64,000 bases of DNA. Origin: a virus (Duplodnaviria; Caudoviricetes). Numbering within the stretch: the first letter of the stretch is position 1; each line of letters begins with the position of its first letter. A program made the position numbers and the translations under genes. The DNA lies in IMG/VR virus record IMGVR_UViG_3300037418_002568, positions 1-64,000 of that record; one strand, given 5' to 3'. The notes beneath the pieces were generated by a model. That model was not told where the DNA came from. It saw only the letters and a program-made list of their open reading frames with translations, and searched no databases. Positions 61,804 to 64,000 of this stretch are shown piece by piece.

Positions 61804-62180
61804 GCCCACAGGGGATCACATATTTTGTTGGTTCGGTGCTAGTGCTCTCTGCCGCGTAACCATACACACATCCACCGGATTCGGGTAGCAATTTCATCCC
61901 GTCGTGTCGCCGTACTCGCCCAGCTTGTCGTCGTTGGCGTTTTCGGAGGCCATCGCGAGCTCCCGGGCGGTGGCTTCGAGGGCGGTGGTGACCTGTTCGG
62001 CGATGCCGTCGAACAGCTCGATCACCTCCCGCGGGAGAGCGCGGCGGTCGTGTTCGGCCAAGAACTCCTCGATGTCGGTGCCGATCACCGCCAGCGCGTC
62101 GCGCAGGAGGGCGATGTGGCCGCGCATCTTGTGGCGGGCACGCCAGCAGGTGGCCGCATGGTGCAGGGCGGTGGTGTCGC

Positions 62181-62582
62181 TCACGTCGCGGCCGCTCTGA
62201 CCGGTGCGCCGGTGGCCGCGGTGTAGGTTTCGCACGGCCACGCCACGAACCCGCCGGTGAGCCGGGTGCAGGCCATGCAGCACCGGTAGCTGATGGTGGG
62301 CGGCTGGTAGACGGTGTGCATGGCGACGACGTGGTCGAGACGTTGCCGGGTCCCGGTCAACGCGAGCGCCAACGCGTCGGCGCGCTGGCGTTCGTTCTTG
62401 AGTTCGTTGAGCAGCGACAGCACCCCGCCGTCGGGGCCCAGCCACCCATACACCCATTCCCCGTTCGGCAGGACGGTCCCGACCAGCCACGCCGGGCCGT
62501 CCTGCCACGGGAACCCCTCGTAGGTCAACGGCAGGAAGTGCGCCAGCTGTGCGAACAGCGCATCCGGGAGCCGCCCCGTCAT
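62181..62582 (-). CDS. hypothetical protein with C-terminal Zn-binding motif
   Basis: H...C..C...WPC.T motif. Confidence 0.55.
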   Translation of the reverse strand: MTGRLPDALFAQLAHFLPLTYEGFPWQDGPAWLVGTVLPNGEWVYGWLGPDGGVLSLLNELKNERQRADALALALTGTRQRLDHVVAMHTVYQPPTISYRCCMACTRLTGGFVAWPCETYTAATGAPVRAAAT

Positions 62583-63220
62583 CGCAGACGCACCAGGGTC
62601 GGGGTGGGCGTCTTCTGCTCTCCGGTCGGGTCCGGTGGCGGGGTCCAGTCCGGTGCCGGCTCGTCGTCGCGGTCGTCACGCGGGTGCTTGCAGTACTTGC
62701 AGTACAGCCGGTTCCAGCGGTGGATGGTGGTCACGGACGACGTGCCGCCGATCCACGCGACGAACGCGGCGAAGCTCAGCCAGCGCACGACCGGCTCATA
62801 CGCCGGCGGCAACACCTTGCTGAAGGCGAGGGTGAGGGTGAAGACGGCGACGACGGCGAGCTTCTTCCATACGGGGCCGCTGTGGATGCGGTGGTAGTAG
62901 CGCAGCCAGCGGTCATTGCGTTCGGCGGATTCGGTGCCGGACTCCATGATGCGGCCGTGCAAGCAGTAGTCGCAGAGCCTGTCGTCGTGGTAGTCGGAGG
63001 CGAAGTAGGCCAACATCATGGAGGTGCCGATCCAGGCGGCGGCGTTGTCGAGGCCGTAGAAGACCAGCCCGTCGGTGAACTGGGCCGCCAGCTCCAGGGC
63101 GAGACTGATCACCGCCAAGGCCAGGGCGACCCGCAGCACATTGTGGCCCAGCCACATCAGCGCCCGCCGGTACCACGGCGGTTTGCTCTCCCACTCGTCG
63201 CCACTCATCGCAGTGGTCAT
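62579..63220 (-). CDS. membrane protein (4 TM, CxxC motifs)
   Basis: hydrophobic helices with H...LCDYC and H...YCKYC. Confidence 0.6.
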   Translation of the reverse strand: MTTAMSGDEWESKPPWYRRALMWLGHNVLRVALALAVISLALELAAQFTDGLVFYGLDNAAAWIGTSMMLAYFASDYHDDRLCDYCLHGRIMESGTESAERNDRWLRYYHRIHSGPVWKKLAVVAVFTLTLAFSKVLPPAYEPVVRWLSFAAFVAWIGGTSSVTTIHRWNRLYCKYCKHPRDDRDDEPAPDWTPPPDPTGEQKTPTPTLVRLR

Positions 63221-63453
63221 CGAACTATCGTCCTTTCAAATGTAATCGGTTGTGTCACTTGACTTTCGGGTAGAACACGCGTTCGGCTTCGATCAGGGTG
63301 GAGGCCGCGTCGACCTCTGCGGGGGTGCCGTCGAGCATGGGCAACACGTCGCGTTCGTCGAGCATCGGCAGGTGATCGAGGGTGCCGCGCCGGTAGGCGG
63401 CGATCAATGCCACGATCGTGTCCGCTTTCAGGCGCGGCGGGTGGGCGCGCTCG

Positions 63454-63756
63454 TCACGGGGCGGGCCGGCGACCATGGGCCTGGATCACGGTCATTTCGG
63501 CTTCGGGGCGCTGGTGCACGAACGCGTCGATGACGAAGGTGCGAGTCTGCTCCATAGCGATCGGGTCGCCGGCGATGATGTCGATCGCGGCCTGCGCCGC
63601 CTGTCCGGCCATCGCGTCGGGGACGCGGCCGAACTGGTTCAACGCGGAAGCGATACCGCCCTTCATCCCCGACAAGTACACCTGCAGCAGGAACGTGGGG
63701 TTGGCGATCAGCCACTCGGTGACCGCCTCGGGAATCTCGATGACCTCCTCGCTCAT
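63454..63756 (-). CDS. hypothetical protein (paralog of upstream partial ORF)
   Basis: YLSG..GGIA, GDPIAMEQTR. Confidence 0.6.
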   Translation of the reverse strand: MSEEVIEIPEAVTEWLIANPTFLLQVYLSGMKGGIASALNQFGRVPDAMAGQAAQAAIDIIAGDPIAMEQTRTFVIDAFVHQRPEAEMTVIQAHGRRPAP

Positions 63757-64000
63757 TCGAAGTCACCACTGTTCGGCACGACGTAGGCCTTGATGTGCCG
63801 GGCGCGCACCGGTTTTCCGTGGCGGACGTAGTCAGCGATCATCGAGCGGGTCTGTTCGAAAGCGATCGGGTCGCCGGTGAGGCTGGCCATCAGATTCGCG
63901 CGGCTGCGCGCGGCTTCCTCCTCGGTGGCGTCGGTGCAGTTGATCAGCGTCGTCGCGATGCCGGTCTCGATGCCCGACAGGTAGATCGCCAGGATCAGTT
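63753..64000 (-). CDS. partial hypothetical protein (runs off window)
   Basis: manual translation: LAIYLSGIETGIA...GDPIAFEQTRSMI...DFE*. Confidence 0.55.
   Translation of the reverse strand, partial: LILAIYLSGIETGIATTLINCTDATEEEAARSRANLMASLTGDPIAFEQTRSMIADYVRHGKPVRARHIKAYVVPNSGDFE

Overview
High-GC actinobacterial (probably Nocardia-like) siphovirus genome segment; phage-type genes run across the whole window. Minus strand 17-16858: head/tail module (terminase, portal, minor capsid, scaffold, capsid, head-tail connectors, major tail, frameshifted tail chaperones), with a ~5.8 kb accessory block between terminase and portal (Tad2-like protein, tRNA-Met, DUF1003, PnuC-like, shortened VIT1). 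17-46.5 kb: regulators, a Cre/Xer-like tyrosine recombinase, a SLOG + metallophosphoesterase pair, Lsr2, HNH, a complete 7-deazaguanine DNA-modification cluster (parB-dpdA-queC-queD-queE-folE), a plasmid-type RepA, WhiB-like and MmyB-like regulators, and two triplicated gene sets. RepA, the recombinase and a symmetric dif/lox-like site suggest a phage-plasmid. 47-58 kb: a plus-strand array of ~30 small genes punctuated by two recurrent structured elements, a stop-codon-anchored TGACCG hairpin and a covarying CGCCAA-loop hairpin plus extended SD that occurs ~17 times in the window. 57.9-61.8 kb: a putative RNA-repair island with a cyclic-phosphate receiver domain, a host-like hisN, Ro60/TROVE and four tandem Y-RNA-like elements. 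All calls are from motif recognition by eye; no database searches were run.
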